64,000 nt of DNA, taken from the NCBI RefSeq assembly GCF_009914755.1, contig NC_060947.1, one strand, 5' to 3'. The notes beneath the pieces were generated by a model. That model searched no databases. It saw nothing but the letters and a program-made list of their open reading frames with translations, and had not been told where the DNA came from. Origin of the DNA: the human T2T-CHM13v2.0 reference genome, Homo sapiens. Position 1 is the stretch's first letter. The number at the start of each line of letters is the position of its first letter. The position numbers were made by a program, and so were the translations under genes. Positions 61,704 to 64,000 of this stretch are shown piece by piece.

Positions 61704-61826
61704 TTTATACTAAATATATATGAAGGGCCCTAAAAAGTCATTCAGTGAAAGATCTCTTTAAATTTGTTAACCCTAGCATTCCATAAATACTTCACTCAGA
61801 ATGTTTCCAAGGAACTCTCATTAGGG

Positions 61827-61997
61827 TAGTGATTCTCAAACTGTGGTAATGGGAGCAGCAGCAGCAGCATTTCCTGGAAACTGGTTAGAAATGTAATTTT
61901 ATAGCCCTACCTCAGATCTATGGCATCAGAAACTCTGGGGTGGGGCCCAGCAGTCTGTGTGATAATCAGTCCTTCAGGGATTCTGATGCGGCTAAAA
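61827..61997. mobile_element. MER5A-like hAT-Charlie element
   Basis: agtgattctcaaactgtgg...gttagaaatg...atcagaaactctggggtggggcccagcagtctgtg...attctgatgc. Confidence 0.75.
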
Positions 61998-62161
61998 GGC
62001 AAGAAGTGTTAGAAAATTTTACTGTTATTCTCCAACTTAACAGTAACCTTTTGCTTTCCTTCATTACACTTAACCACAATTTGTATTTTTTAAAGTTCTA
62101 ATGATATTCTATGAATCTGTGAATTCATATTCCATAATCATAATCTATTCTCTGAATTTCC

Positions 62162-62219
62162 TTCCTTCTGTACCTCATAAAGGGTCATAAAGGGAACCCT
62201 TTATGAGGTACAGAAGGAA
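62162..62219. repeat. Perfect 24-bp inverted repeat with a 10-nt loop
   Basis: TTCCTTCTGTACCTCATAAAGGGT (62162-62185) is the exact reverse complement of 62196-62219. Confidence 0.95.
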
Positions 62220-63331
62220 ATACTCATTGAAGGCCTATCATGGTTTTCACCCTGGTATAAGTGTCATCTAGCTGGTGTCAATTTGGATACTTTAAAGAAT
62301 CCTAAATAATGAGTCCATATATTCTATAAAGTAAAATACTCATTTCTATAACAAAGCAAAACTTTAATCCATTGCTGGCTGTCATTGTCATTTTTAAAAG
62401 AGCACATAAAAAGTTTTTCATTTCCTTCAAAATGTTTTTCAGAAAATGTAGACTTTTTTAGCATCTTGAAAGATCTGTAATGTGCCTTTTCTTATGTCAG
62501 AATTCTATAAATTAGGAAATGTTCTAATCTCTTGCATTAACGGAGATGAAATTCTGGTGGCATTATATTTGTCTCTCCAAACAGGCAACATTCTTTTAGA
62601 AAAATGTAATTGAAATTGAACTTAAAATGTATTTGTATTTAAAAATAAAACATCTTATTTTTTATTTTTTATATTTTATTATTATTAAAATAAAAGCATC
62701 TTTTTTACATGGTTTCATAAATGTATTTTGAATGTTTATATGAAATGCCTCTGTAAATCATGCAGAAGAATTTTCTTTTTCTAAAGGACAGTGAAATGAG
62801 GTTGAATGTGTTAAAGCATCACACTATATTTAACTCAAGTACATTTAGAACAAAATTATTATTAGGATTTCCATAGAATGAATCATGGCCAAATTTAACT
62901 TCTCACAATTTTTTTTTACCTATTCTTTTCATACAAGTTAGAGCTCTCTGGGTTTATATTACTAGGTCAACTGAAGTGTTATTTATTTTTAGGTAGAGGG
63001 ACAAAGACTGATAATCTAGAGACTGGATTTGATTTGGCTGCTGCTGTCTGTCAGCAGAATGCCTTGGGGTATCTACTTACAGTAATGAGTATAAGTAGTG
63101 CTATCATTATTAGTATATTTAAACACCCATGGTTTGCAGGAATGTGCTGAAGTCTGAATATAACATAGTTAATTATGTCACTGTCCCTGCCCAGGGCAAC
63201 TGCTATTGAAAGGACATACTCACATCATGAGGAAGATAGCAGATACAGTGGTTTGGAGCTAAGTGTTACTTCATTGCTGACTCACGGAAAGAGGTTTAGG
63301 ATGTTGGCTATGTTTTCTAAAGAGCATCTAG

Positions 63332-63643
<312 letters not shown>

Positions 63644-64000
63644 TAGCAATTAAAAATTCCTTTGTTAGGAACTCGGAAAATGGCATCTAACTAGTAATAT
63701 TCTGTGGGTTGGAGAGCTAGGTTCACTTCCCCTTGTGCTGGACTGTCTTTGAGAGCCCCGTTCCTATAGGACTCTGCTGAGCGAGGATTTATCATCTTGG
63801 CGAGTAGGAAGGATTTGATTTGCACAAAGCTTTGTTCTAGAAGGTTATAGATAATATCACTTTGCCTAATTACAGAGAAAGTGTGGAGGAAGCTAATGGA
63901 TGGTGATAGTGTTTTAAAAGGTTTTACTTCTCGTACAAAAGAAAAGACATCCAGACATACCTTCCCACTCCGCGAGAATACTCCTCTTTACTTCTCTTTA

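Overview
Primate (very likely human) genomic DNA, AT-rich and dominated by repeats. It covers part of PRRG1 (proline-rich and Gla domain 1, a transmembrane vitamin K-dependent protein) on the + strand. Two exons are visible: a 51-bp exon with the start codon (43759-43809; MGR+G) and the 161-bp propeptide/Gla exon (63393-63553). Everything else is intron. Its contents are a 5'-truncated, disabled L1PA3/4-type LINE-1 (35591-41228, same strand as the gene), a nested old-L1/THE1/MER52/Alu cluster, a two-LTR MSTA MaLR element, several solo LTRs, Alus, DNA-transposon relics and microsatellites. I see no evidence of a new multi-gene system. The best leads are: (1) a recursive-splice-site-like motif with a following RS-exon at 15.5 kb; (2) a candidate exon at the L1 3' junction whose ATG would be in frame with PRRG1 (25-aa N-terminal extension); (3) two sense THE1 LTRs with intact splice donors upstream of the ATG exon; (4) four perfect inverted repeats, each coupled to a small local duplication. 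Repeat subfamily names come from recalled consensus sequences and need RepeatMasker/Dfam confirmation.
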